The translations under genes and the position numbers were made by a program. The notes beneath the pieces are model-generated. The model was not told the DNA's origin and did not search any database. It saw only the letters and a program-made list of their open reading frames with translations. From Octopus vulgaris (lineage: Eukaryota), in contig OX597826.1 in NCBI GenBank assembly GCA_951406725.2, forward strand, positions 63,984,001 to 64,048,000: DNA of 64,000 nucleotides, written 5' to 3'. Positions 1 to 13,632 of this stretch are shown here, one piece after another; position 1 is the stretch's first letter; the number at the start of each line of letters is the position of its first letter.

Positions 1-462
1 GTGTGATTTGAACAAGGAACAGATCAACACCACAAGGTTTGTTTTTTTTTACCTTATGTTCTAACAACTCTGCCAATTTGCCTTGCCACCTTTGTTTGTT
101 TGTTTTTTTTTTAAATTTTATATTGATTTTTCCAAAGTGTGAGCGTTTCCACAAATATTCTACAAATGGATAAACAGTCACAGCAGGTGTTTCACAGCCT
201 TCTCCCAGTGGTGAAGTGGGACAAGTAGTCATTCATCAGTCAGCGGTTAGAATTAACCGAGCTGTCTGTCTGTTCATTCATCTGGTCATTCATTCATTTA
301 TTTATTCTTGTTCAATCAATATACAACTAAAATAGGACTGGAGTATGTTATAGATCTGCTATTGACTATTTACTTACTCTCCCACGCAAAACTGATTTGT
401 ACTTGGTTTGATTGAGTCATGTCTTTCACTACAGATTCTTATGACCTCACTTGAAAATCTTT

Positions 463-725
463 ATGACGTGGCACGTAAAAAGCACCATCCGACCGACCAT
501 GGCCGTTTGCCAGCCCCGTCTGGCACCTGTGCCGGTGGCACGTAAAAAGCACCCACTACACTCACGGAGTGGTTGGCATTAGGAAGGGCATCCAGCTGTA
601 GAAACATTGCCAGATCAGACTGGGCCTGGTGCAGCCTTCTGGCTTCCCAGACCCCAGTTGAACCGTCCAACCCATGCTAGCATGGAAAGCGGACACTAAA
701 TGATGATGATGATGATGATGATGAT
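463..725 (+). mobile_element. RTE 3'-tail repeat (family C)
   Basis: AAAAAGCACC units, AGGAAGGGCATCCAGCTGTAGAAAC, CATGCTAGCATGGAAAGCGGAC and (GAT)n. Other copies at about 17500-17717, 19993-20170(-), 56935-57184 plus 58862-58960, and 63208-63530(-). Confidence 0.8.
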
Positions 726-769
726 CACTTAACTTTGAAAGACATCAACTTAATATTATTATTATAGTA

Positions 770-1715
770 TATGCCACTGAGGTCAGCTTTGCATTTCATC
801 CCTTCAGGGCCAATGAAATAAGTACCTGTTGAGTACTGGAGTCGATGTAATTGACTATTCCCTTCCACCAAAATTTCAAGCTTTGTGTCTACAGTGGAAA
901 GGATAAGACTGTGAGCTTGGTAGAATCATTAACACACTAGACAGAGTGCTTAGTGGCATTTCTTCTGTTTTTATGTTCTGCGTTCAAACTCCATCAATGT
1001 AATCATCTTGCCCTAACCGCCACCAAAATTTCAGGCCTTGTGCCTATTGCAGAAAAAATTATAGTTATTATAATTGCCTCTGCCACTGAGATTGATTTTA
1101 CCTTTCACCCTTTCAAGATCAATAAAGTAAGCACAAGTTGAACACTGAGTTCAATGTAATTGACTAAGCTCCACTCACAAAACTTTAGGCTTTATGCCTA
1201 CAGTTGGAAAGATTATTATAAATATTATGCCAAAATTAGAAAGTATTATTATTATTACTACTATCATTGTTGAAGGTGGCAAGCTGGCAGGATTGTTAGC
1301 ACACTAGACAAAATACTAAGAGGTATTTTGCCAGTCACTACATTCTGAGTCTAAATTCCACCAATGTCGACTTAACCTTTCGGGGGGTTGATAAATTAAG
1401 CACCAGAGAAACACTGGGGTCGATGTAATCATCTAGTCCCCTCCCCCACAATTTCAGGCCATGTGCCTAGAGTAGAAAGGATTATTGTTAAGGTGGTGAG
1501 CTAGCAGAATGGTTAGCATCCAGACAACATGCTTAGCAGTATTTTGTCCATCTCTACATTCTGTGTTCAAATTCCACCAACATCAACTTTGCTTTACATC
1601 CTTTCAGGGTCAATAAAATACGTCACAAATGAGTACTAGGTTCAATATAATCAACCTACTTCCCCCACTAAATTTGCTGGCTTTGAACTAAAATTTGAAA
1701 CTATTATTATTATCA
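770..1715 (+). repeat. Tandem cluster of about 5 degenerate SINE-A copies with (ATT)n tails
   Basis: Repeated GAGCTGGCAGAAT..TTCATCC..AAGTACC..GGCCTTGTGCC..ATTATT units. Similar clusters lie at 4907-5450 and 59455-59885. Confidence 0.8.
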
Positions 1716-1999
1716 TTGTTAAAAGTTCCCTGTCAATCCTGATCCATCAGATCAATGACCTTCCAGCTGCGATCATCTCATAATTTTCTTGGGAATTGTA
1801 AACGTAGGACTACATTGTCCTCTGAGTTCTCCCTTCTGATGGAAGATCAGGTGTGTCAAACATACAAACCAAAGTAGTGATTAATCTGATCCTCAACTCA
1901 ATTTTGTAAACAAAAATCTATTAAATATGTATTACCAGCATGCATTCAGAGTTATAATTTATATTCAACCCTTTAGCCATTTATTTTGGCCTACATTAA

Positions 2000-2208
2000 C
2001 CCTTTCGTTACCAACCAGCTCTGGCTCTGAGTACAAATGTTTTGTTTTCATAAGTTCTGAATTAAAATCTTCCACCAAACCTTAGTCACAATTTATGTTC
2101 CTAATACTAGCTGAATGGTAACTAAGTTATTTTACTAAATTCTTTGTTATATTTAAAGTAACTGAAAGAAACACAGAGCATCTCAAAATAAATATAGTAA
2201 TGAAAGGG
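2000..2208. mobile_element. piggyBac-like MITE family 1
   Basis: TTAA|CCCTTTCGTTAC ... GTAATGAAAGGG|TTAA. Confidence 0.85.
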
Positions 2209-2701
2209 TTAAGCATATGTTTTGTTTTTTTGGGGTGAGTGAGGGAAATTTTCTCTATCCAACCAGCAAGATGTAGTTTATGCTGCAATCCAGCCTGCAA
2301 AGTCAAACCATTTTTACATCCTGGTGGTCAACTAATATTTGAGGAACTACGACCATTCTGGGGAACTGCCCTGAAGGGCTTAGTCAAACAAATCAAAGCC
2401 AGTGCTTATTTGTAGAGCTTCACATCCCTAGCAGCCTCTTTTGCTGAACTACTTGATTAGTGGGATATAGACAAACACCAGTTGTCATGTGGTAAAGGAT
2501 AAATGCAGACACATATGTAGACACGCACACACACATGGCAGTCTTCCACATGTCTACTAAATTCATTCACAAGCCATTTGTTTGCATGGAGCAATAGCAG
2601 AAAATACTTGCCCAAGGTGCCATGCAGTGAGACTGAACCTGAAACTACTCATAGACAAGGCAAACCACCATATAAGATTCTCTGGTTAGCTTGTAAGCAT
2701 C

Positions 2702-2935
2702 CTATTTCTTTACTACCCACAAGGGGCTAAACACAGAGGGGACAAACGAGGACAGACAAACAGATTAAGTCGATTACATCGACCCCAGTGCATAACTGGT
2801 ACTTAATTTATCGACCCCGAAAGGATGAAAGGCAAAGTCGACCTCAGCGGAATCTGAACTCAGAACATAACAGCAGACGAAATACTGCTAAGCATTTTGC
2901 CCGGCATGCTAACGTTTCTGCCAGCTCACTGCCTT
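2702..2935 (-). mobile_element. tRNA-derived SINE family A, full copy
   Basis: GAGCTGGCAGAAACGTTAGC head and GCCTTTCATCCTTTCGGGGTCGATAAATTAAGTACCAG core. 17-bp TSD GTTAGCTTGTAAGCATC at 2685-2701 and 2936-2952. Confidence 0.9.
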
Positions 2936-5900
2936 GTTAGCTTGTAAGCATCTTTGCACAAAAGTAGAGTTAGGATGGAGTTTGTCTTAGTTTTTATAAC
3001 ATTTCATTATATTATTGAGAAACGTCTAAGGGAACGTCAGGCAGGTATATGTTTAGCACTAAATCGTTAATGAAATATCAATTGCTGTAGTACTCACACA
3101 AGCTGCCTAATTTGGTAAGCTCTATCATTGTACATTGAAAGCTGAATATCTAAATGTCTCATAAATAAACATGGTTCAAGCTGAACATCAACAACATTGA
3201 ATTCACCAACCTGGGAATGCTTTCAAGCATAGGTTTGTTGTTTTATCTGTTTGATTTGCAACCAGGATGTTTCAAGTTCAATCTCAATGCTTGGTGCTTT
3301 GGACAAGCATCTTCTTTTATAGCCCCAGGTTGGCTAATCAACGTCTAGTGAATGGAATTTGGAAGATAAAGATTTTGCAACACAATATCATGAACATCAT
3401 CATCATTTTACTGTCCAATTTTCCATGCTTGCATGGGTCGTAAAATCTGTTAAGGCAGATTTTTCTACAACCAGATACTCTCCCTGTCACTAACCCTCAT
3501 CTATTTTCACGCATGTTAATATTTGCCCTAGTCCTTCAAACATTGATTGACATAATGTTCAAACATGTTTTCACGAAGGTTTGCAAACAAATGTCAGTAA
3601 CAATTGATAATTAGCATACAATACTGAGACAAGGATGAACATACACAGATGTGAGCTTCTTCCATTTTCCAGATCCACTCGCAAAGCTTTTGGTCAACCA
3701 GTGGGGGTGGGGAGATAGCGGGAGACACATGCCTAAAGTGTCATGCAGTCAGACTAAACCTAAAACTTTGCAGTTGCAGAGTGAACTTCTTAACTACAGA
3801 ACCATGTTTGCACATACATACATGCATATATGTTGTGTGTGTAAAGTGGCTGGCATTAGAAGGCATTCAACCATAAGAACCATGTCAAAGCAGACACTGG
3901 AGCATTATATAGTCATCTGACTTGTCAGATCTTGCCAAACCAGTCAACCTAGCAGCCCATGCCATCATGGGAAACATACAAAAAGATGATGATGAAGATG
4001 GCATGACTTTCACCAAAGTAAATCACCGTAAGATGTAAACAGCAGCAAGAAGAAAGAAAGAAAAAAAATAATTTCAAATAAAAATTCTGAGTATATTTGT
4101 TCTGAGTGAGTCTCTCTCTTTCTTTCTCTCTCTCTCTCTCACACACACATACACACACACACAATCCCCTGTCACTCTCTATGCCATCATTAAATTCAGT
4201 GAACTATAGTGATTGGTTTGTGGGAAACTTGAAACCAACAATGCTTATTGTTCACCAAATAGGATATAAAATAAAAACAATAAATAACTATACAACTAAT
4301 TACAAAAAAAAAAAGAACAAAAAACACCACCATTACACATTACTTCATTTGAATCAACTTGCCTAGTTAAATATAAGTGCTGCAACCATTTCCTGGTTCA
4401 GTAGTTGGCTAATGGTAGTAAGAGCATCCAACCATAAAATACACATGTTTTGATAATAAGAATACATCTAAGTTTACAAAATTATTATTTATTAAAATGT
4501 AATGAAATATTTAAAAAAAAAACACTACTGTAACATCAATCCACTTAAACTAAATTTTATAAATGAATACTACACAAAACAACTGAACTCTGTTAGTGTT
4601 ACCTTAAAACAAAATTAAAACAAGAATAGAAATATATATATATGTAAGTTAACGACATCTAATTAACATAATGTATCAGCTAAGTTAATTATTCCATTTA
4701 ATTATTGAATCATCAGAAAATGCATGCTCCAGCAATTTACAAATGTCTAACAATTTGCAAAAGAAAAAACAAAAAGAACACTCCACTCAAACTAAAATGA
4801 AATAGTACAAAAAATTTTTTTTTTTTTTAAATGTATATAAAACACACATTTCCTGAAACGTGGGTGTTGCATGCCAATGCTAGTTATTTTTGTTGTTGTT
4901 ATTATTAAGGTGGTGAGCTGGCAGAATTGTTAGCTCACTGGGCAAAATGCTTAGTGGTATTGTGTCCATTTTTACGTTATGAGTTCAAATTCCGATGCGG
5001 TTGACTTTGCCTTTCATCCTTTCGAGGTCAATAAATTATCTACCAGTGAAACACAAGGGTTAATGTAATTGACTAGTTCCCTATCCATAAATTTCAAGTC
5101 ATATGCTTTTAGTAAAAAGGATTATCATTATTTAGGCAGTATACTACCAGAATCGTTAACACGCAGAACAAAATGCTTAGCAGCATTTCATCTGTCTTTA
5201 CATTCTGAGTTCAATTCCAAGGTCAACTTTGCCTTTCATCAATTCAGAGTTGATATACTAAGTACCAGTTGACTACTGGGGTCCACGTAATTGACTTAGC
5301 TCTCCCTGAAGTTGCTGGCCTTGTGCCAAAATTTGAAACTATTATTATTATGGCGGATAAGCTGAATTAAGGCATCAGAAGAAATACTTTGCTGTTTTTC
5401 TTCTGGCCCCTTATATTCTGAGTTCAAATCCTACTGAGGCCAACATTATACTTTATGTGTGTGTGTGTATGTTTTTATGTACTTGTATATGTATAGATGA
5501 TATGTTCACATGTATGTGTGTTTGTGCACGTGTATACTTATGTGTATATTTATATGTGCATGTGTTTTGTTCCTGAAAGCTGAATTCAATAAACTAAACA
5601 TTAATGTACAAATGACAAAATAAATAAATAAGTAAAGCCTTCTCCACAAGTTAACATCCTGTTCTAAGGGCAAATAAGAAATATTTCCTAAATAGGATGT
5701 ATCCTGTTATGAAACATCCTAGTTTGAAACAAGCAATTACTGCATCAGATAACCATCCTGTTGTGACACATCCTATAGTGACACACAATTACTTCAATCA
5801 TTACATGGCAGTCAGCTTCCCAGCCACATGGTTCTATGCATGGGTAAGTGTTTTCTATAATAGCCCTAGGCCAACCAAAGTCTTGTGACTGAATCTGGTA

Positions 5901-5958
5901 GACAGAAACTGAAAGAAGTTTGTTAGAATAGCTGTGCAATTCACTCAATGCTTCCAAA

Positions 5959-8900
5959 TCTTAATATATAAAAGAGAGTTTGTGTATGTGTGCATATGTT
6001 CCTTATGGAATCGAAAACTGAGTTGCTGATTTTGACATATGAGGTATCAAAAGATTTAGTAATCTTTCAGCTACCAAATAAACTTTATTTTCATTTACAT
6101 ATCTGCATTACAAAATTTAACATTATAATCTTTCTCTTAGTCAAATATTGTAAATGACATTTTATACCACCACCACCACAATGTCACATTTTCTGTGTTT
6201 GTGTGATTGTTACGTATGATATGCTAAAGACAGAAGTATGTATGAAGGTGTATGTCTGTCAGTATACAAACATTTTTGTGATGAATGACATATACACGTA
6301 CATCTAAAGGCAAACAGACATACAGAGGGACGGAGATAGGCCTGAGGTGTGCATGAATGTATGTGTCTGTCTTAGTATATGTATGTGACTGTACCGCCAA
6401 ACAGTGAAACATGCCGATTTTGAAAGAGTTTAGTTTAGTTGTGGCCTGGATGTTGAACAAACAGCATTCACTTTGAAGTACCCTTGTTTGAATTTTCCCT
6501 TTCATCATGGAGAGTTGCGGTTTAAACAGTTTTAACAATTACCACTATTTATGAGCTGAAATATTATTGTGGTTTTCATAACCAACATGAAGATTTGGCT
6601 GACTTGATAGCAATCACAACACTTGCAAATGTATTTGAAAAAAAATTTTTATTCTGGTTATTATAACAAATTCAGAAACTTGGCAAAGTAGAAAACCTTA
6701 GCGGCTCTTTCAATATAATTACAGAAAGGTTATTCCAGTCCTTACAACCAGTTTGAAAATAATGCTTTTTTAACAGCCTTATCGTTCTTATCGAATTCCT
6801 GCTATGCTGCTTTATCAGTGTGAATATTCAATGCCGCACAACTTTTTTACTGTTCTACAGCCTATAACCTTACGCAATTAAAATATATAGTAAGTGATGT
6901 CAAATTAATTTATGTCTTGCTACATACATCCTTCAGCAAATGTTTTAAATTAATTAACATTCACAACAGCAACATATTCCTTTGTACACACTTTGTTCAG
7001 TGTTCATTAAAAAATTGTAAAATAATGAATTATGCCTTCTGAATTTTCTTGGAGTTTGACTTTCTTCACTTGTGACATTCAATCCTGAACTTTATAACAT
7101 TTTAGTACATGTTCCAAATAAATGTTGACTTTCTGTACTTTGTTACATTGGTGATGCATAGTAATTTTTGCTAAATTGGTGACTTTGCAACACTAGAATA
7201 TTTCTTTTGGAAATATTCCCTGAAACAATTTTATAGCATAACTATGCTACAGAAAGTATGTTTTGCACCTATATTGACTACATTTTGTTTCATTTGAACT
7301 TTGTGTGTGTAGAGTTTGCTGTTTTCAATATTATCAATTCTATGAGTGTCTGTGAGTGTGTGTGTTTTCGTGTTTCTTATGCCTATAGTAAACTATGCCA
7401 TTTTACCATTTTAATGAGCCCATATCTAATGAAGTAACCATCCTTATCGCAGGTGATCCCCATGAAAATCATGATATTCTCATTCGTGCTTGAGATAATG
7501 ACCTTGAAAATGTTTCAGAAACTCATCCCTCTTATGATGCACTCCAGTATCCTCTTATTCTCTGGAATGGACAAGATGGGTATCATTTCAATATTCCACT
7601 GACTGAACCTGCAACAGGAGAGCCGATTACAAACAAAAAGATATCGTCAATGACTTCTATTCTTACCAACTGATGTTAGGACCAGAACAATCAAACCAAT
7701 TATACATGCATCGTGATCTATTTCAGCAATACTTGATTGATATGTATGCTAAAGTTGAGAGTTAGCATCTCCACTACATTCATAACAATTAAACAAAGGG
7801 CTAGAAATTATGTTCATCTCCAAGATGCTCTGAGGACAGATGGTGATATTCAAAACATAGGGCAACTTATAATCCTCCCATCATCATTCACAGGTGGTCC
7901 TCAGTATATGCATGAACGAACACAAGATGCTATGACATATGTCAGGACATATGGAAAACCAGATCTTTTTGTCACTTTCACTTGCAATCCTAAATGGGAG
8001 GAAATAAAATTTAACCTTCTTCCAGTGTTGCATCTTCTGGTATTGCAGCTACCCTCCTCAATGGGGGAAGAACTGCTCATTCCATGTTCAAGTTCCCACT
8101 AAACTTTGCAATGAAAGAATCTCAAATGTGCAACATTTCCAAAAACTCTGCAATGGCAACAATTCTCCAACAAACTTATCTCACTGTTTGGGATGAGTGC
8201 ACTATCATATCATGGACCTCCAGAGATACTCCAAGACATAAAAAACAATAGCACGCTCATGGGAGAAATAACAATTCTTCTTGCAGAAGATTTTTGTCAA
8301 ACATTGCCAGTTATCCCCTAAAGGATCAAAAGCTAATGAGGTCAATGCATGCTTCAAACAATCGTACCTTTGGAAACTTGAAAAAACTTCATCTTACAAG
8401 CAACATCAGAGTACTTCCACAAGGTGATTGTACAAGCTTCTTAAGATTGATAATGGAATATTAACATTCAACTCAAGACTTCAGCTATATGAAATTACAT
8501 GCGGTCAAATGATACTTTCTCTTAGGAATCTTATGGATAAAGTATTTCTTAATTCATCTGTTAATTACACTGATGTAAACTAGCTTTGTGAAACAGTTAC
8601 ACTAGCTCCAACTAATGAAATGGTTGATGAACTCAATCGTGGACTTCTTCAAAAGTTAACAGATACATCAGAAGTGACTTTCCGATCAATTGACAGCAGT
8701 CAATCAAGATCAAGTTGTTCAATACCCTGTTGAATTTCTGAACACATTTACACCCACTGGGGTGCCACCGCATAACTTGACACTAAAACTGGGTGCTCAG
8801 TTATGATGACCCATCTCACTTGTGTAACGGAACTTGCTTAATTGTTACATCCATGAAGCCCCATGTCCTACAGGCAACAATCATTACAGGTAGTCCTCAG

Positions 8901-9212
8901 AGTCAATCCCTCAAGGTAGTTGCACTTGATGCTTCTCCCATGGCCAACTCTATGTTACTTGCTTGCGAGTTGGAAGCAGCAACAATTTATTCATTTCAGC
9001 ACCAACAAAAAAAAATTACACAATGAATATTGTTTATCCTGAGATGCTTCAACATTGACAGATTTTTAGTTTGAAATTCTATTATCATTACAGTTTGGAT
9101 ATTTTTTAATGAAATATAGATATTTTGAAATAATTATGAGAATGTGTCTTTATATTTACTGAATAATAAGAACAGCAGTAACCCTGGCAATGCCAGGTCA
9201 TTCAACTGCTAT
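5959..9212 (+). mobile_element. Helitron, internally deleted and decayed
   Basis: 5' end A|TCTTAATATATAAAA at 5959. 3' hairpin CCTGGC-AAT-GCCAGG (9183-9197) followed by CTAT, a degenerate CTRR. Rep/helicase remnants lie inside. Confidence 0.8.
7470..8960 (+). pseudogene. Helitron RepHel pseudogene (Helitron_like_N joined to PIF1-like helicase remnants)
   Basis: Frameshifted motifs HPSYDALQYPL, LFQQYLIDMYAKVE and ILPSSFTGGPQYMHERTQDAMTYVRTYGKPDLFVTFTCNPKW, then VASSGIAATLLNGGRTAHSMFK, VWDEC, DFCQTLPVI, YPVEFLN..GVPPHNLTLK and LCNGT. Confidence 0.9.
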
Positions 9213-9999
9213 ATATATATATATATACTTTATTTGTGTTCATCTCTATTTTGGATTAAATTCAAAATGGAGACAAACACTGGTATTCTCTCTGATAGGC
9301 TTCACAACTTAGGTTTAATCCACAAATAAAGAATCTTTAACCACTATTGCAGTGCTGAGCACTCATTCTCATTGTTCAATATTTATGTGTGTGTGTGTGT
9401 GTGTGTACACACATACACAGATGTGTGAGTGTGTGTATGCTTGTAGCACCTTGACTTGATATTGTTCGAAATGAGTGTTGCTGTTATATAAGCATCATTC
9501 ATTTCCAATATTCCATGAAATCATGACTGACCATGGATAAATATTACAGTGTTTAGAAACAGGTGAAGGTTAGCAACAGGAAGAGCATCCAACTGTAGAA
9601 AATTTACCTCAATAAACTCTATCCATCCATGCAAGTACAAAAATGTGGATGCTAAAATGATGATGCTAACACATTATTGTGAAACACATCTACTCCAATT
9701 ACTACAATGTGTATGATACACCAACTTGAGCAAACTGTGAATCTTTACGAGGATCACTCAACCTGCTAGAAAGAGCAAATATCCTCCAACTCACACCTAC
9801 TGAGTTTTAAAAAGGAGTACTTCAGATAATAGAGACCTATTATATTTGAATAACAATGGCTGGAATCAAGAAAGATCCTGAACTAAACAATAACAACACA
9901 CAAACACATCTTCAGTTACTGTATTCTTATGACAGAATGACCATAATGTTGTAATGTACATCTATTTTGTTGGTTACCATATTGTTGAGTGTGACATAT

Positions 10000-10340
10000 T
10001 CTGTTGTCACACAACTGAATAATCAGTTTTTGTTCTATTCCAACACATAATTGCTCTAACAGCTACTATTCTACTGTGACACAGAACAGATGTATCAATC
10101 ACCATACTGTTACACAAACTGATGACATCATATACTATTATGTTGTAACACAGAACTGATCACATCAAATATTATCATATTGTAACACAGAACTAATCAT
10201 ATCAAATACTATCATAATGTAACAGAACTGATCACATCAAATGTATCATATTGTAACACAGAACTGATCATATAAGGTACTATTAGTGCTGATGTATCTG
10301 TTACCATACTGTGACACTGAACTGCTTGCATCAAATTTAA
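10000..10340 (+). repeat. About 37-bp minisatellite, roughly 8 degenerate copies
   Basis: Unit TGTAACACAGAACTGATCACATCAAATATTATCATAT. Confidence 0.85.
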
Positions 10341-10560
10341 GGTGCCATGGAGATTCTCCATGCAGAGAGTTAAGATTTTTAGATTCTAGAGCTAGTGTCA
10401 TAGTTTTCCAGAAGATATCAATATAATGCTCAAACTATCTATTTCTGATTGTATGGAATGAATGAGGTTGAGAAGCTAGTTTGGATATATTCATCATACA
10501 AGAAAGACATGAAAAGTGATTCCTTGATGCAAGCAGATATATCTAGGAGTACAGAAAAAC

Positions 10561-10792
10561 CTACTTCTTTACTACCCACAAGGGGCTAAACACAGAGAGG
10601 ACAAACAAGGACAGACACACGGATTAAGTCGATTATATCGACTCCAGTGTATAACTGGTACTTATTTAATCGACCCTGAAAGAATGAAAGGCAAAGTCAA
10701 CCTCGGCGGAATTTGAACTCAGAACATAATGGCGGACAAAATACCACAAAGCATTTCGCCCGACGTGCTAACGTTTCTGCCAGCTCGCCGCC
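10561..10792 (-). mobile_element. SINE family A, full copy
   Basis: Same consensus, flanked by the direct repeat CTAGGAGTACA. Confidence 0.88.
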
Positions 10793-11527
10793 TAGGAGTA
10801 CACAAATACCTACTAGTTCTTTCAAGGTTCTAGTGTACCTTTTTTTTATACTTGAAACAAACAGTAGTGAAGGTACATTGCCTAATGGACAGGGTGTTAC
10901 AGTAATGATCTGAAGATCACGGTTTCAGTTCCCAAACCAGGTGGTGCATTGTGTTGTTGAGCAAAAACACTTCATTTTACACTGTTGCAGTCCACTCAGC
11001 TGTAAAAGAGTAACCCTGCAACAGACTGACATCCCATCCAGGGGGAATGTTGTGATCTTGGTCACTTATACACCATAGAGACTGGGTAACCAGTCCTACA
11101 AGTCCTAAGGCTCAAGACAGTAATGTCCAGAGATTAATGACGATGATGAAACAAATAGTATCACAGGTGAAACATCCAATGTGATCCTATGAAAAATTCC
11201 CACAGCAATAATACTTGTGACTGTGATAAGATAACAGTGCAAGAAAAGAATAAGATCTTTGAAAAGTCAAGAATTATTCTCCAGCTGCTTCAATGAAGAC
11301 TACTGCTCAGTTTTCTAGAATCATGTCTGAGAATCTATCATAGCCATTTCTACAGTGCATGAGCCTGATCTACAGCTGAAATCAAAGCTAGGGTTTTGTC
11401 TTCTAGTAGTCTGGTTCATATATTATATATGTGCAGAAGAAACTTCTGTTATGAATGAAGCACAAATATATTTTTATTTGAATTTATATCAACCACATGT
11501 TTGAAGTTACACAGTTACACAATTTAA

Positions 11528-12195
11528 CCCTTTAGCATTTAAACTGGCCATATCCGGCCAAAAGTATTCTGCCTGTTTTCTGTTCAAACTGGCCAGATCC
11601 AGCCTCTCACACCTAATCTACAATATCATTCTAAAAATAATCACATTCATTGCAACTTCAAAGCTATGAGATAATGAATGATTAAGCCAAAACAGTATGA
11701 CTATATAAGATTCACATTTGACGCAGAAATCTCAATGCTAAAGGTTTAACTCTTTAGCATTTAAACTGGCCATATCCGGCCAAAAGTATTCTGCCTGTTT
11801 TATGTTCAAACTGGCCAGATCTGGCCTCTCACACCAACCCTACAATATCGCTTTAAAAATGAACAGCTACCTCATCAAAATCTCATAACTACAAGATAAG
11901 GCATGATTAGTTCAAAACAATGTGGATAAAAAATGGATTAACTTTGGCAGAATAATGTGAACACTAAAGGGTTAAACCGATCACATCCTATCCAAATATC
12001 CCAGTATCTACCTGTTTTACATTCAATCTGACTAGATCCTGTCTCTCACACATAGCCTGCAATGTCATTCTAAAAATAATCACATCATCAAAATCTTGAA
12101 GGTACAAGATAATGCATAATCAATTCAAAACAGCATTACTTTTGACAGAGTAAAACCCTTTTTACTTTTGACAGAGTAATCTGAAAGTTAAAGGG
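11528..12195. mobile_element. Three head-to-tail piggyBac-like MITEs, family 2
   Basis: Units start CCCTTTAGCATTTAAAC and end (G/A)CTAAAGG(G/T), joined by single TTAA sites. The third copy lacks its left end. Confidence 0.8.
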
Positions 12196-13068
12196 TTGAG
12201 CTCAATTTCTAAAGAGATTTTGCATGCACGTGTGTGCACACACACACGCACGACCACATCAATGACCGCATGGTAAATTATTTTCAAGTGCAAGCTTGTG
12301 TTATGCTACGGCTTCAAAGACCAGCTGAATGAAAGTCTTTTCTTTAAGCAGTTAAGGTGTCATTATAGGTAATACACTTGGAAGTAACTTCAAAACATTC
12401 TGGGGAGAAGAAAGAAAACCAATTTGCTGGGAATCTCAGATAAAAATCACGAGTTCCTTCAAACATAACTTCATATTCCACAAAGACAAGCAGTCAATAC
12501 TTAAAAGATGCAAAGCCTCATGAACTGTTGGTAGCACATAATTCAGGTTTTTCAGGCTGAAGTCTACATTTTATACCAATACCAACAATTACAATATTAG
12601 TAAATTCAATTGAAGTGTGAATAACCAAAGCTGAAAGTCAACATACTTTCATTTACTAAATGTTTCACTGACATATATCTGCAGGTAGGCAGACACTAGG
12701 TAGAGATAGTTTATAAGAGTATTTATAGCAACAGTAGCAAGTAGTAACTGCAACATCTTGTAGAAAGAGAGATTCAACTATTTTTTTTTTGTTATTATAA
12801 CACAACATTATTAACAAATATTATCACAAGTAGTGTCACATTTAACATCCTCCTGTGTCACAGAAATGTTTCATAAGTCAACATTGTGTGGTGTCACACA
12901 TTCAATCAGTTAATTTATATCATTTGTTAAGGTTATATCTACAGATCTTCCACAAACAACCTTGCCCGGAATTGTGCCTCGGTGGGTAACTTTGTAGGTG
13001 CAATCATGACCGAAGGGGGTCTCAAATCTACAGATCTTATATAAAGATAACCTTAACAAATGATTTAA

Positions 13069-13292
13069 CCCTTTTGATACCAACCCGCCTGAAACCGCCT
13101 CTGGCTCTGTAGTACAAATGTCTTGTTTTCATAAGTTCTGAATTAAAATCTTCCACCAAACCTTAGTCAAAATATATGTTCCCAACACTAGCTGAATGAT
13201 AACTAAGTTATTTTACTAAATCCTTTGTTGTTTTTTTAAAATTAATTGAATGAAACACAGAGCACCTCAAAATAAATACGGTAACGAAAGGG
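13069..13292. mobile_element. piggyBac-like MITE family 1
   Basis: TTAA|CCCTTTTGATAC ... GTAACGAAAGGG|TTAA, homologous to 2000-2208. Confidence 0.88.
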
Positions 13293-13297
13293 TTAAT

Positions 13298-13632
13298 AGC
13301 ACATGGCTCAGTGGTTAAAGCGTCGAGCTTACGATCGTGAGGTTGTGAGTTCGATTCCCAGACCGGGCTGCGTGTTGTGTTCTTAAGCAAGACACTTTAT
13401 TTCACATTGCTCAAATTCAGTCAGCCATAGAAATGAGTTGCGACGTCACCCGGTGCCAAGCTGTATCGGCCCCTTTGCCTTTCCCTTGGATAAGATCAGT
13501 GGTGTGGAGAGGGGAGGCTGGTAGGCATGGGCAACTGCTGGTCTTCCATAAAACAACCTTGCCCGGACTTGTGCCTCAGTGGGTAACTTTGTAGGTGCAA
13601 TCCCATGGTCATTCATGAACGAAGAGGGTCTC
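13298..13632 (+). mobile_element. tRNA-derived SINE family D
   Basis: Head TGGCTCAGTGGTTAAAGCG...GAGTTCGATTCCC. A second copy lies at about 44460-44815(-). Confidence 0.85.

Noticed and set aside
13298-13370. tRNA-like A/B boxes, also at other SINE heads
   Set aside because: They continue into SINE bodies and lack a complete cloverleaf, so they are not tRNA genes.
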